Of a DNA stretch of 64,000 bases, positions 49,693 through 63,632 are shown in pieces. Every line of letters begins with the position of its first letter. The first letter of the stretch is position 1. Both the position numbers and the translations under genes were made by a program. The DNA is from Phoronis australis (taxonomy: Eukaryota; Animalia; Phoronida): the NCBI GenBank assembly GCA_002633005.1, contig NMRA01000050.1:984637-1048636 (forward strand), given 5' to 3'. The notes below the pieces were generated by a model, which saw only the letters and a program-made list of their open reading frames with translations, was not told the DNA's origin and did no database searches.

Positions 49693-52600
49693 TTGCAGTT
49701 TTTCAAATTAGACATGTTCTACGTTTTTCTTTTCTTTTTACTTTGCCTTTTTTCTTGGATAATACTTTAGGAATCAAGGAAAATTTTATTTTTAGAGGAA
49801 AAACAGAAACATTTTCCTGGACTGGAGGGGGTTTCCCTCCATTCGGTGCTATGTGCATCTACAATCGTGCTTGGCGCAAATGTTTACAGACAAAAAGTTG
49901 GGCCCCCCTTGTGATATCCTAGATCAACCACTGTACAGTCACTCTCCCATTAACAAAACGAAAAAGTCCTTAAGACTTATATGTAACACAAAACGATGTC
50001 ATAACTACCATCAGGAAGAGATCTCTTCCTGCTACCATTAAGTTTTTCCAGAGCTCCAAATCTGAATCTTGAAGCTGATGCTCAGAACTCCACATTGAAA
50101 GCTGAAATTACGGCATCAAGACCATTACATTTGTCGGTCCCAAAATGTTTGCTTGACGTCTAGCGACGTGTTTCCGAAAAAAATGGGAAAGTATATTAAC
50201 ACGAGACAATCCAACAATCATGCATGATTGAATGGTTATTGCAAACAATACCTTTTAAGTACAGAAGACCCACCGGGATGTACTAATCCTGTAAAGGTGT
50301 CAGGCTTCAGGGTAGCAATTTTTGTTGCTCATCACATACATGACATAGCGCACAGGTTTACCGAATCGTAAAATGAACCTTCTGGTGAACAGTTGTACTC
50401 AAATATAACGAAGTTCCAAGACAATGTTTTTGGGTGGGCCCAAACGTTTAACTTGGAGAAATCCTAGTACATATTTGATGAACTTTTCAAAGCATGGAAA
50501 ACGTATAATATCCATTACTATTTCTACAGTAATGTTTTCGCCGAGCCTCCACTCAACAGTTTTTGAAGCAACGTTTCAGCCCGTTGTTTTTACAATCATC
50601 ACCATGACTTCATTTTTAGGGGTGACGTTTGCAAAGTGAAGGACTGAAACGTAGATCCGATCAAACGTTGCAGGTTCAGGTGAGAACGGACCAGAAGGCT
50701 CCAACCGTGATTATAAAACATCACTACCACAATACGAATTCGAGATGTACATGAAAATACTATATAGGGCTAGGAATGTCATTGGTTCATGTGGGCATCC
50801 CGATTTCGATCAGATGTAAGCCACTAGCAGATAAAGAATTTCAAAAGGGGTTCTTGCCGTGGTAAATTTCTGACAACGTAAGGGGATGGCGACATGTACA
50901 TGTTTTCGAAGCAGAGTGGGAGGGGTGCACAAGCACACCAACCCATCTACGTAAATAACTGGGCTGAGTTTGTTAAATTTTGATTGAAAATTTTGATACA
51001 GTACAGGCTTCGGATTTTGAAACACAGACAGACTACGAAAAAATCAAATTATTTGAAGTAAGGTATCGGTGAAGTTAAGTGTTTTATAATCTAATACTGA
51101 AAACTCTGACTTGCAACACATAGAACAACTCATCACTACAGAATTTATTACATAGTTTGTGCATCGTTGCCTTTAACTGTGGTTGACATCGAGTTATGGT
51201 TAGGACGTCACTTTAGTTTTCCACTTTTAAGTGTATTATAGTGCATAATTATGAGTATTATACAAGTCCAGTTGTTAAAGCTGTTGGCCAGAATTGCGTT
51301 TCGGAGATCCAAATCAGTGATCAAAAGAAGTAAAAATTCAACCATAGCCTACACTGTACATCACACTGCAGTTTTTTTTCAACATTATACAAAAACAGGA
51401 GTAACGCAAAGCGCCGATATGCGCCCGCGACTGCACCTCCGACAGTATGCTTCCAGGTGTATTCATAATATGTAATATACAAAATAAAAATCACTAGGTG
51501 GCGCAGCATACATTGTATCCATTTGAAACAAGACCACCGCTGTCATATTCTTGACAACTATTTGCCAATTTACATCCGTCAAAATACTTGGTAAATACAG
51601 AGCCCCTAGAGGACGCAACAGCACTCAGGCATGTCCTAAAATCTCTGGCGGCCGTACTCTCCTCAATAATGTAACAAATACACCGAATATGACCCAGATT
51701 CATCAAAAGAACTTTGTAGATATTGCGGCAGCCGTACGTGTACGTGGGTCCATTGTGAAAAATCTGCAAACGGTAGACGGTGGACATAATTCTTCAATTC
51801 AGGTGAATAATCATATGCAAAAATCATAAATCATGACTTCTGGAGCTTTCTATTTAATAAATTTCCCGATGTTGCGGAGCCAACTGGCTCCTTCTACTGG
51901 GGATTTATGACGTACAGGTTCCCACGAAAATTTCATCCCCCAGGATACAAGTTTAGTTGTACACGATCAAAAGCAATCACAAAAAGGTCGAACAACTCAA
52001 GAACAAACCGCCGGAGGAGATAAGTGAAAACTGTTTTGAAGCTCATTTTAAAAATCGATTTCTGAGCAGTGAACGTTAGTAGTATTTACATGTATCTGTG
52101 TTATAAATTTTAAAAATGATCTGTTCACCTTCTAAAAAATCCAATGCAATACTTTGTGTTGGTGACGTACATTGTTCTTGTCAATTGTCCCGCTCTTGGT
52201 GGAGTATCTCACTTTTTGAATTTTTCCCGCCATCCCGCCAAACCATCAAAATGTCCCGCTTTTTGACACATATTATCATATACTACTGTAATTTCCCACG
52301 CTTCATAAGACTTTTTTCCAGTTCTACTAAAAAGAAAAAACGGAAAATTTGGTCGTTAGGCACCTGCAATTGACCATTTTACATGAAAATCAAAAACTAC
52401 CGTCTGACGCTTTCGGCTGAAACGTTTCCCGTTCGACAAAAACGCTGTAGCGACGTTTATTGTGTTGCGGCGAATATTTCACCCTTGTGTTTTGGCATAT
52501 ACCCAGATGCACCTTTTTTATCCGAGATGCCCGCTTTTCAATCCAATTGTCCCGTTTTTAAATTCTCGACTTTTGACAACTATGGAGAGGCGCTCATTTG

Positions 52601-53435
52601 TATCTTTGTCATAAATATTGTTATTTGTCATGAATATTGTTATTTTCCGGAGTCCACTTTCTGTAGTAACATGACAGTCGTAAAACGTTTCCCATTGGCT
52701 TTTGTTTACTAAAACACACTGCATGTATCAAGATCACTAACTTTTGATTTCTGAAGAAATGAGTTTATTTACGCCCTACTGTGGAAAATACAACACTGCA
52801 ACTTCTGTAATGATCTATCCAAATTACATTTCCAACCTACGCAATAGATGTTTGTTAATTTTTGGCTGCCAGAAAGCATTTATCAGCAAATTTCGGATAG
52901 CCAGTTGGAGAATTAGTTTATCCCATTTTAGGAATGTCACTGCATACTGAGTTTTTACTGAAGAACTGTATCCCACGGCACTAAAGGTCTAATTAATATA
53001 TGAAGATGAATGCCTGACTAAATTCTTCACAGTAACTGTGAGGAATCCATATTCTAAAATCTTTGTCTTGAATCTTTGTCTTTCGCTAATCATCGAAAAT
53101 ATTTCGCTGGTGGTTTAATTAGTCATTGATGTAACCTCTCTGCTTCATTTCTTTTTTATATTACTATTACACCCAATTATTTTTCGCATTTCGGTAACAC
53201 TCTTAAAAATATTTTTAAAACGATTAGATATGCAAAGTGATGATTATTTATGAATTAAACTGTCCATCGTTTTCTTTTGCTATGATCATACACCATCAAG
53301 AACTGACAAAGAGCTTTCTGAAGACACACTTATACAATACAGTAAATATAATCAAGCAAGAACTTAAAGTTATCGGTGTTAATCCTCGTACTAAAAGCAA
53401 ATTATTTAGACATAGCAGTAGCAAATGCCGTCCTT

Positions 53436-56400
53436 TTATGCCCAGGCATTCGCGAACGAAAGGAATGTAACAATAAGAAGAATCCCGTAACTTCCTGTTT
53501 TGGGTGCATTGTTGCAGTAATGGCCATTGCAGTGGCATATCTCTACCAAGGTCTTCACTCCCGCTAAGTAGATGTTGGACTCGCTACATCCGCTTCTAAA
53601 GGGCTTGGCTGAGCACCCTCGTAGGTAGATGTCGGCCGCCACTAAACGAGCTGAAAAATTACATTAAACTTTATGAGAGTTACATAAAAGGAGGTTTAGA
53701 TGTGGAGTTCCCAGAAACGAAAACTCCAATGTTTAAAAGCTTAATGTATCAACAAATATCGCCATCTATGAACAGCCACGGAACTAGTCCAACGTGCATT
53801 TTGGTTCAATGCAGAGGTAGCTACTGCTGGAATCTTTGTTTATGATTGCAAGTTCATGAACAGTAATGCGAGTACCTTAACCCGTTAGATAGTACTCTGT
53901 ACACGGTCATAAAATTCGCACCTCCGACATGTGCGATTTTCTTCCAAAGTCTTAAGAAGTACTAATCTTATGACACTATTGGAAACGTATCGACTTTTTA
54001 TCGTAGTAAAACCATCGGAAACAATCTTTTTGTGCAACTCACAAATTGTGGCCTTCAAGTTTTTCAGCTTCCATCCTTTCCTTGGGGCTTATCCTGTTGT
54101 ATTTTTCAATACAATTATTTTGGTTGTTTGGGTCGAAAGTGTTGATCCTGCTGTGTTTTGAACGGATTTGTTTGGTGTGTTTTGATGACATTTGAATCTT
54201 ATCTTCTTGTGAATATTTGACAGTACCGGATTTATAAAGGATCAAAGGGCAATTGTCCTGGCCGCCCATCCGAGTTACGACCCCGTCTGATAGGGGACTC
54301 CCTAATATGACAGGCTGAAAATCATTTTAAAAAATGCAAAAGAGCGGCAGTTAATTCGATTGACCTTCCTTAATATAAAAGGGTATAAAAAAGTGAGGAA
54401 AATACAGGCAATTGATTCCATCCTAGGACCTTCTCTTCGCGAACAGCCTTTTAGGAAATTATCAATGAAAGAACATAAAACAGATGCCATCAGTACCCCT
54501 CTCCCCAAGGGGCGGAGCCCTTAATTAGCAGCCATTGGTGTTATCTGTCAAGTTCTCAATTTTTATCAAGTTCTACATGTACAAATGTATACAATTTCGA
54601 GAAAAAGCGCAATAATAAAGCAACATATTATGGCCCGCATGCACCCACGCACATCAACTTCTAAATAGCATTTTTGTGAAGGAAATTAGCAGTGAAGAAT
54701 GAAAACTGATGTCAGTGATTTGAAAAAGTATATGGCTTTATGCAAATTTGTGACGCCGTTGCCCTTTTTGTAAAATGTCTTTCCCTATACGCCTATATTG
54801 TAAGTGGAATGCATCTCAAAGTATCACAAGTATCACTTGTTTCTATTGTGTACATCCACAGTTATCACTTGTCTCTATTGTCTACATCCACAGTTATCAC
54901 TTGTCTCTATTGTGTACATAAACAGTTATCACTTGTCTCTATTGTCTACATCCACAGTTATCACTAGTCTCTATTGTCTACATCCATAGTATAGTGAACA
55001 GAGATAACAGATGTTCGTCGTTGCTTCTTCATTGACAAATTATTAACGTAAAATATACACTAGTAATAAAACCACTAAGATACAAATTCGAGATTTTGTC
55101 TTCGTTTCAGTGTGAAACTCATAACAATGTCTAAAATACCCTTAAAGGTATACTTTCAAGGTTGAAAACTCAAGAATTAGGATTTGGAAAACGTAATTAG
55201 TTAATACAACATTTTATGTAAATGATATTGCATCCTGATTTTTTACTGAAGAATGCAGTTGAACCAAACGACACCGAAGGTCTAAAATGTAAAAGATGCA
55301 TACTTCGGATAAGTATCTGCTTAAATTATTCAGAGCAACTGGCGGGACTCTTATTTTAAAATCTGTCTTGATATGGTTGCAATCTTTTGAATCATTGAAA
55401 GTTTTTCCTTGTTGGTTTGATTAATCATATTGTTTACCTCTCCATTTCCTTTCATGTTATAACTTTACTCCAAATTAATGACCACCACAAGTTCAATAGT
55501 TTACCAATTAGTTAATAAACCAGCTAAGTAGTAAGTGAAGTGTTTCTTTAATATACTATTTTTCAATAGTACTCTTGGTTTTTAGAAATAAAACAAGATT
55601 TATTTATCATTATTAAAAATGAAAAGTTTGTCAGCCTAGCCCTTGCCAACAGCAATGACCCGAAACAGTTATTTACTCTCAGTTGTGTCACTATGATATG
55701 AGTAGCATAATACATGTACACTGTGGTGTGGCTTACGCAAATACGCACATGAAGAGACGGATTTTATTTTCGTACATCCGTAGCGACAGTATACACCGAA
55801 CCAGAAGTTGTTCGCCGAGTCGTATTTGTCTTGGCAGCCATTCCTCCCTCTGTAGGCCGTGTTCCCGACCATTGTCACGTTACACTGCACACACTCAGTA
55901 ACTGCGTTGGCTGTAAATTAAATAGATAAGGGATATTATTAAGAAGAATCGGTGAATCATAGGAATACCTAAACAGGACAGGAATAGCGAAGACTGGTGG
56001 AGCAGTCTCGCATTGCCCATTATTTCGAATTGCGATAACGCCATTGGATTTTTTGGACTTGACAAAAGAGCTCCAAGCAAAAATAACTGAACATTAATTG
56101 TAAAACAGGTATTTCAAGCCATTCGACAAGCTTTTCGAAAGGATACCAAACCCGGTTTTGGCCTTTTAACAGACCAACTTTGTCCTTAGATGGTTTTTTC
56201 AGCATGGCAAAAGTCCCTTAGTGTCGGTAGTTTGCAGTTTGTGGTAAGATGATACAGATTACATCTGTTCCACTAACCGCCGCCATTTGCAAGCATTACC
56301 CTCAACATGTAAGGGCAAAAGTCTTCACCGTAGTGATCGACAGAAGAATACAAATTCCAGCAAAAAATACTAACCACTTGATGCTCTCTTCTGAAAAATA

Positions 56401-56500
56401 AAACAATTAAGTCAACAAACTTTCTTTTCATACACAGTTACTCACCAAAGCCAGCAGATGCCAGCAATAAAATGGCAGCATACATGTACATCATTCTCAT
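53436..56500 (-). CDS. Ly6/uPAR three-finger protein (quiver/sleepless-like), signal peptide plus predicted GPI signal, ~143-147 aa
   Basis: Exons 56500-56446 (MRMMYMYAAILLLASAGF), 55910-55749 or -55737 (ECVQC..GC..YCRYGCTK) and 53650-53436 (RGC..GC..ICHCNGHYCN plus a hydrophobic tail). Both introns are phase 1, as typical for LU genes. Confidence 0.88.
54831..54990. repeat. 32-bp minisatellite (~5 copies)
   Basis: Tandem TATCACTTGTCTCTATTGTCTACATCCACAGT. Confidence 0.93.
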
Positions 56501-56949
56501 TTCAACTGCTAATCAGGGTCAGGTCTATAAGGGCCAGGCCTATTGTTGAAAAGGAAAATAACAACGGCCGGGGTTTTTCTGAAACTACCTATTGTTCGTT
56601 TTGACCTACTTGGAAAAAAATAAATCAAAAACCACTTTCACTTTTAATTTCTACGCACATACATGTAGTTTTTTCGACGAAAGCAAAAGTGAGAATTTCT
56701 GATAGCGAATCCTGTGTAACCCCAAATTGTCACATTGATCTAAAATTTTGCAACCTCTGAACTTTGGGTCGGTGTTGCAAGACCAAACTGTCTCGACAAA
56801 TTTTGCATGTGTCAGTTTGGGCCTGTACAATATAGCGCAGGTGGACCTGACGTAACGTGAAATGATCGTGATAGAATCTCAGGGGTTACAGGGACTATGA
56901 ACTTGAAACGCTTTTATCAGCGTTTTCATTAGTTTATTACCCACTCGGC

Positions 56950-59388
56950 TCCAGGGGCATATGATGAAAGCGCTCCGAGGAGCGAAACTTCGCGAAATTA
57001 ACCAAAAAGATGACGATAAAGATGACAAATATGACGACGATGGTGGCGAGGATGAACAAAAGAAGTAATAATAACATACACATGACGAACGTAGAAGTCC
57101 AAAATCAGTAAAAAAATGGCTACAGTCTTGAGCGACACTTGGCGAAATTAACGGAAATGACAACGACGGAGATGATGACGAAGATGATGACGATGATGAC
57201 GAATATGATGATGGTGGTGGCGATGATGAACATCATCGTAACATTCATATGACGAACTTAGATGTCATAAATCAATAAGAAATAGGCTACAGTCTAGTTC
57301 TATAGAAGCTAAACCAACAATGCACCAAGAGCGCTCAACAAAGGAACAGCGTTATCAGAAAATCTCAAATAACTTAAAAAGTAGACGTCGTAGCGGAAAA
57401 TGGAAAATATCTTCTGGAAGCCCGTTCAAAACGCTATCGAAATTGATAGTATCACATTGTTCCGTAATTTTTTTCGAAAAAATGAAATTTTGCCTTTTTT
57501 AAGAAATTCAAACTCGAATATATCTCAAAAACGGCAAGTCTGAGAAAAAAATGGGTCAGTTCATTTGAAAGAGTATACCTTAGAAAATCCACGTGCAAAA
57601 ATTCACGTCATTTTCTTCTCCCGTTTAAATGGCACCAAAGTACGACTGAAAAGGGGTCAACATGCGCAAGATCCGCCATCTTGAAAGCAACTTCCGGTTT
57701 TTGGGTTGATATAATAGCATGTCATAAAAAACTAATGTCCGTAAAATTTCGAAGGAATTGGCCCCATAATGCGCCCTCTACAGGAGAAAACGTTATTAGG
57801 CCAAAATCGAGGTGCGCATGCGCGATCACCGATATTTCCGCCATCTTTAAGCGAAAATTAACAATTTCCAACATATATGTAGTGCACATCCATGCCATTA
57901 ATTGTGCTGATTTTCAGCTCTGTACGTAAAAAATTGTAGCCTCCAGAAGCCTTTGAATCTTAAAATGAAAACAAAATGGCCGCCACAGCCGCCATCTTGG
58001 ATCCGATTTTTGACAAAAAACAATAGGCTTCCAGAACTTCCGGAAATACGTGTTATGTGTAAATTTCGTGATGATCGGACGAAAATTGCGACCTGTATCG
58101 TGCGAACAAACAAAAAAAAATGAAAGCGCTCTGAGGAGCAAAACTTGGCGAAATTAACCAAAAAAAAACACGTTCGAGAGGACGAGAAAAGACGACGACA
58201 GAGATGATGACGAAAATGACAGCTATGACGACGATGGTGGCGATGATGGACAACCCTAGTTATGATATCATTCATATAACGAACGTAGAGGTCAGAAATC
58301 ACTAAGAAATAGGCTACAGTCTTGAGCGACACTTGGCGAAATTAACTGAAGAAAAGACGACGTCGGAGATGATGACGAAGATGACGAATATGATGATGGT
58401 GGTGGCCATGATGAAGAACATCATAACATTCATTTGACGAATTTAGATGTCATAAATCATTAAGAAATAGGCTGCAGTCTAGTTCAATAGAACCTAAACC
58501 AACCTGAATGCAGCAAGAGCGCTCAACAAAGGAACAGCGTTATCACAAAATCTCAAATAACTCGAAAAGTAAACGTCGTAGAGAAAAAGCATCATCTGAA
58601 AGCCCGTTCAAAGCTCTATCTAAACTAATGGTATCGCCTAATTCCGTAAATTTTTCGAAAAAAAATGAAATTTTGCGGTTTTTTTTAAGAATTTCAAAGT
58701 CTAATAACTCGAAAACGGTAAGTCTGGGAAAGAAATTGTTACAGGCCATTTGAAAGAATATACTTCAAAGAATCCACATGCAAAAAATCACGTCTTTTTC
58801 TCTTCCCGTTTAAAATCGCACTACAGCACGACTGAAAATGGGTCAACATGCGACAGATCCGCCATCTTGAAAGCAACTTCCGGTTTTTTGGTTTTTTATA
58901 ATAGCATGTCATAGAAAAATAATACCTGTAAAAATTCAAAGTAATTAGTCTGATAATGCGCCCTCTACAGGAGAAAACGTTTTTAGGCCAAAATCGAGGT
59001 GCGCATGCGCGATCGCCGATATTTCCGCCATCTTTAACCGGAAGTAAACAATTTCCGGCATACCTCTAGTGCACGTCCGTTTCATTCATTGTGCTGATTT
59101 TCAGCTCTGCACGTAAAAAAATGTAGCCTCCAGAAGCCTTTGAATCTTAAAATGAAAACAAAATGGCCGCCACAGCCGCCATCTTGGATCCGATTTTGAC
59201 GAAAAACAATAGGCTTCCAGTACTTCCAGAAGTACGTGTTACGTGTAATTTTCGTGATGATCGGAAAAGAAAAAAAAAACTTAGTGTCAGAGCAATATAC
59301 TTGGCGAAATTTATTTCGCCAAGTAATTAAAAAAACAAACTTAGTGGAAGAGCAACATACTTGGCGAAATTTATTTCGCCAAGTAATA
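56950..59388 (-). mobile_element. Helentron/HINE-like composite repeat with a ~1.19-kb internal duplication and duplicated terminal palindrome
   Basis: ~57170-58120 is repeated at ~58365-59280; (GAT/GAC)n tracts; palindrome TACTTGGCGAAAT-TT-ATTTCGCCAAGTA occurs twice (59298-59325, 59358-59385). Family and orientation are inferred. Confidence 0.55.
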
Positions 59389-59460
59389 ATACGCCTGGTC
59401 TGGCAATGGAACTACTTTAAGTGAATGGTGAGATGCCTTGAAGGTCAACACATCTCACAA

Positions 59461-61930
59461 TTTTTTTTTAATGTTTATTACGAAATCTTCAGAATACAAT
59501 GAATATACATAACCCAGAAAGCGACAAGGGGCATTAGATTCGGGTAAAAATACAAAGAAGTCTATATACAACTATTATATACGAATACATAAATAAAAAA
59601 AGATGTTAAGAATACAATGATATATGACAACGAATGAAAATAATTCATTTTCATACAGACGTATAAAATTCTATCCACTCACACAAAGAGATTTAATGTT
59701 ATAAAGAAATACTATTTCAAATAAAACCTTATTTTCATTTGAGTTAAGTTCTTGACATCCATGTAGAAAGAAATTAATTTTGTTGTACAATTGCGGAATT
59801 TCAGAATATTTTTATAAACATCGAGTTATTGTTCGAGTGCCTGGAAGAGCTGTACCCTCTCGTCCTTGCATACCTCACAAGCAAAGAAAACATGAGGATA
59901 TGTCTGGGTATCTCCACAGGAACACAGAAGCGAAATATTATTAAAATTATGTCTAAATTTCTCGTTGTTTAGGAATAGACCACATCTTGATCTGTATAGG
60001 GTTACACCCTGTATTTCATGGTTGCGGGGAAGTTGGAATGATGTCAATGGGACTGGCAAGTCTGGAGTAGTGGTATGCATTTTAAAGTTATTTTTGAGAG
60101 TGACAATTGAAGTGCTTTCTTTTATTTTGAATGGTAAGGAATTCCAGTTGTCAATACAAGTTAACATCGTTGATCTTCTGAAGGCTTGGCTGATGGAGGC
60201 TGGAATAGTTACATATTGCTTTGCCGGAGTCCTGGTCTCGTGCTTGGTCTTTTGTAGGAGTCAAAGAGGATTTTGTTAGAGTAGTTGTTTATGTTGATTA
60301 AGACTTTGAATGTATACATGGACAGGTGAAGTTTACGACGGGTTGCTAGTTTGCTCCAGTGAAGACTATTTAGAACCTTGATTGTGTTGGACCCTTTGTA
60401 TACCCCGGTTATGGCTAAAGCTGCTTGGTATTGTAATCTTTCTAATTGAAGAAGTATGCCAGCGTTTGCCGATTGGTAGATTATGTCACAGTAATCTAGA
60501 TGTGGAAGTACAAAAGACTTGAACAGAGTTTCAAGATGCATGGAGTTGAGATGACGAGAAATAATTCTAATTGGATTAATTAATTTTTGTACTTTTTGAA
60601 CGAGTTCGCGACAATGAGGAGTAAATGTAAGCTTATGGTCGAGTAGCAAGCCAAGATGTTTGTGCGTGAACTTATTGGGGATAACTCCCCCATTGAGTGA
60701 TAATTCCAGTGTTGGATTTGTTTGGAAATGAGTATTATTAGACTTAGAAAATATAAGATCAACACTTTTTTCAGGTTTAAATTTCATCTTCCATTTGTGA
60801 GACCAGTTTGCAATTGTAAGGAGTCGTGGGGATGCTCTTTTGAGAATGGGTGGAAAATTGCAGTGTCATCAGCATATAAGCATGTTTTAGAGCTTATCGT
60901 GTCTGGAAGATCATTGAGTAAGGGGCCTAGTACGCTACCCTGTCGTACTCCAGCATTTACGAAACCTGGCGTTGATGAAGGTGATAAGACACCCTCAATT
61001 CGTACTTTGTAAGTTCGATTTTCCAGATATGATTTTAAAAGTAAGAGGAGAGTGCCTGAGAAACCGTAAGATTGTAATTTATGTAGAAGCAGGCCATGGG
61101 GAACGACATCAAAGCTGACGCAATGTCTAAAAATACGGATCTCACGTTGTACCCTTGCTCTAACTGGAGGTGGATGTCGTGTACAATTTCTGTAATTTGC
61201 GACACAGTGCTGTTACCAGCCATGAATCCAAATTGATGACGATATATGAGGTTTTGTGAAGAGAGGTGGTCAAACATGTGCTGAGAAAGAATTTTTTTTC
61301 TAAAATTTTGGATAAGGTGTTAAGTAGAGTTATGGGGCGATAGTTGGCAATGTATGTTTTGGAGTTCTTTTTGTGTATTGGTATCATAACGCCAAGCTTC
61401 CAGTTCGAAGGAAATTTTCCAGATTGTAGTATTTTGTTGTATAATGTTGTCAGAGCAAATGTAAGCTCTCTTGCTATTATCTTGATCATTTTATTGGTTA
61501 TGAGATTGGTACCGTCGTTTTTGTTTTCGTCAATGTTTTCTAGTAGTTTTCTGACTTCAGATGGTTGGGCTTCTATGTAAGAGAGGTGTTCTAATGTTCT
61601 GTTTGGGAATTCTGGATAGTTTAGTGTTGGTGCAATGTGACTCTTGGCAGTGAAGTAGGCTAGAAATAAGATACTTTTATCGGCTTTGGATGACGCCTGA
61701 GAGTTGGATTCTTTTGAGTGGATGGTGGGGTATGGTGATTGCTTTACCTGTCCTCGAATTTTGTTTACTACATCCCAATATTCCTTAGAATTTTTGGAGA
61801 CATTTTTGATATTGGAGATAACTTTCATGTTATAGTCTTGTTTTGTAATTTTAATTAGTTCTTCCACACTCTTGCACTGTTCTTTGTAGCACTTGAACGT
61901 GCATGGGTTATTTGATCTTCTGAACGATTT
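59461..61930 (-). mobile_element. 5'-truncated CR1/L2-group LINE ORF2 (RT) with few frameshifts and an intact 3' tail
   Basis: NYRPITLLNTLSKILEK, QFGF..GNST, VFLDI, QGSVLGP, YADDT, KHLG, LDYCDIIY and C-terminal CSCG..QT..HVFFAC; minus-strand AATAAA and poly(A) at 59461-59479. Confidence 0.92.
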
Positions 61931-63632
61931 TTTTCGGTGGCCAAATTAACGTACATGTAACACTGCGCAACATTAAGTTTATACAGTAGCACATTTCCGA
62001 CAAGTCTGTTTAGTTAACCCAATGTCTATAGAACTAGAAGGTTCAGGAAAAGCAAAATCGAGTCGCGTGTGTGTCCTCACAGGTACATATATACATGTAG
62101 AGCATTACTGAGGTGTAAGATATCCATTTTAATCTCTCCCAGCCCCCACTTGTGGAGCAGCCATGTAGTGATCAATTTATTCTCGACAAGGTTTTTTTCA
62201 GTATTTTTGGAGCTTATATATAAATTAAAACAGAGGTATGTGACGCCAATGCGTCAGCACTAGTCGATTTTCTGGCGGGGTACACCACACCTTTTTGGTT
62301 ACGAAGCGATATTTGAGTTTTGACGTCATCGTTACTTCCTTCCTGTTGGCACACATCACACGTGACCTCTGACCTTTCACCTTAGACCTATGGCTTTTGA
62401 CTGAGGCGCCTCCCAAACAGGGCGTCCAAACAACTTACTATACTACTAACCTTAAATTCAAGTACATTTGACAACAAAAATATAATAAATCTAAATGTAC
62501 GTTCACAAAAAGTTCATGTCTATCATCAGCGACTTATGAACACGAATTCCAATTTGTAATGTTTTATTTCAGAGGGTCCCCCAATTTTCAACCAAAGACG
62601 TCGGTTTCATAACTTTAACCAATGAGAAGTTATGTCAAACAATATTCGACAGCCCTACCTTTCAGAGTAGTGTGAAAAAGTACAGGCTTCACGTCCATTA
62701 ATAGTAGAATGTCCAATCCCTGTTTTATGCATATACTTCGGTCACACAAACATTGATAAAATACAAATTTAATTGATATTTTGTTCTTAAAGAGTAGTAG
62801 AAAGAGAAATTACATGTTTTTGTCGTCCGCGCGAATGGTTTGCCTCATAAAAAACTTGGCCTGTAGATTTTTACAACTAAGACGGTATACAGAACCCATC
62901 GGTATCAGAAATTTTGATCTCGCTCTTTTTTGTGGAGCAAGACAATTACCGCATTAGCGATGACTTCAAGTCAATAAAACACTAACTGAAATAAATCAAA
63001 CTATCGTAGACTAAATTTCTATCAAATTTGCTTCCGAAATTGAAGTCTCTATCAAAAATTTTGTTGTGGTCGTTTTTCCCAGGTTATACGGTAAACATTA
63101 GACAAAATACGAGGTCATTGCTTCTGTTGTGCTTACCAAAGGAAGCGTGTTTAATGTAGTGGCGGATACACAATTGGTATATGACCTTTGAGCGCCAACA
63201 GTAACAATAACAATACAAACTTGTTACTTGATCCTAGAAACTCCTTTCGTCTTAAGTTTAAACTGGTACGGGGTGCATTTTTACTGTACCAAGAAACCAT
63301 TCATGTTAAGAAAACAATGGAAAGTACATAGGGACACATCTATAAATTCGAGCTGGCGCATTTCACAGAATTTCTTTCAAACAACCCAAGAAGGAAGCCG
63401 TTAAGTGTGTGAACCCATTTTCTCCGTGTGACGAATACCATGCATGAAACATGACCTCGCTTTGACAAAATGTAACAATGGTAAATTTCTCGCATGTGCA
63501 TTCGACGTAAATTGTAGCAATTACACGAAATGTAATAACTTATTACATTTTAGGAGAGGCCTAGCAACATAAAATGTAACAATGGCGTAAAATGTAACAG
63601 CTGTTACATTTTACGAAATTACTACATTTTAC

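Noticed and set aside
51494-51787. Cys-rich minus-strand ORF as a second Ly6 paralog
   Set aside because: It ends CCAT* with no terminal CN, signal peptide or GPI tail, and the Cys spacing is unconvincing; its end coincides with the CTCF-like motif.
56375-56390. 16-nt micro-exon in Ly6 intron 1
   Set aside because: It has AG/GT ends but would shift the frame; exons 1 and 2 already join in phase.
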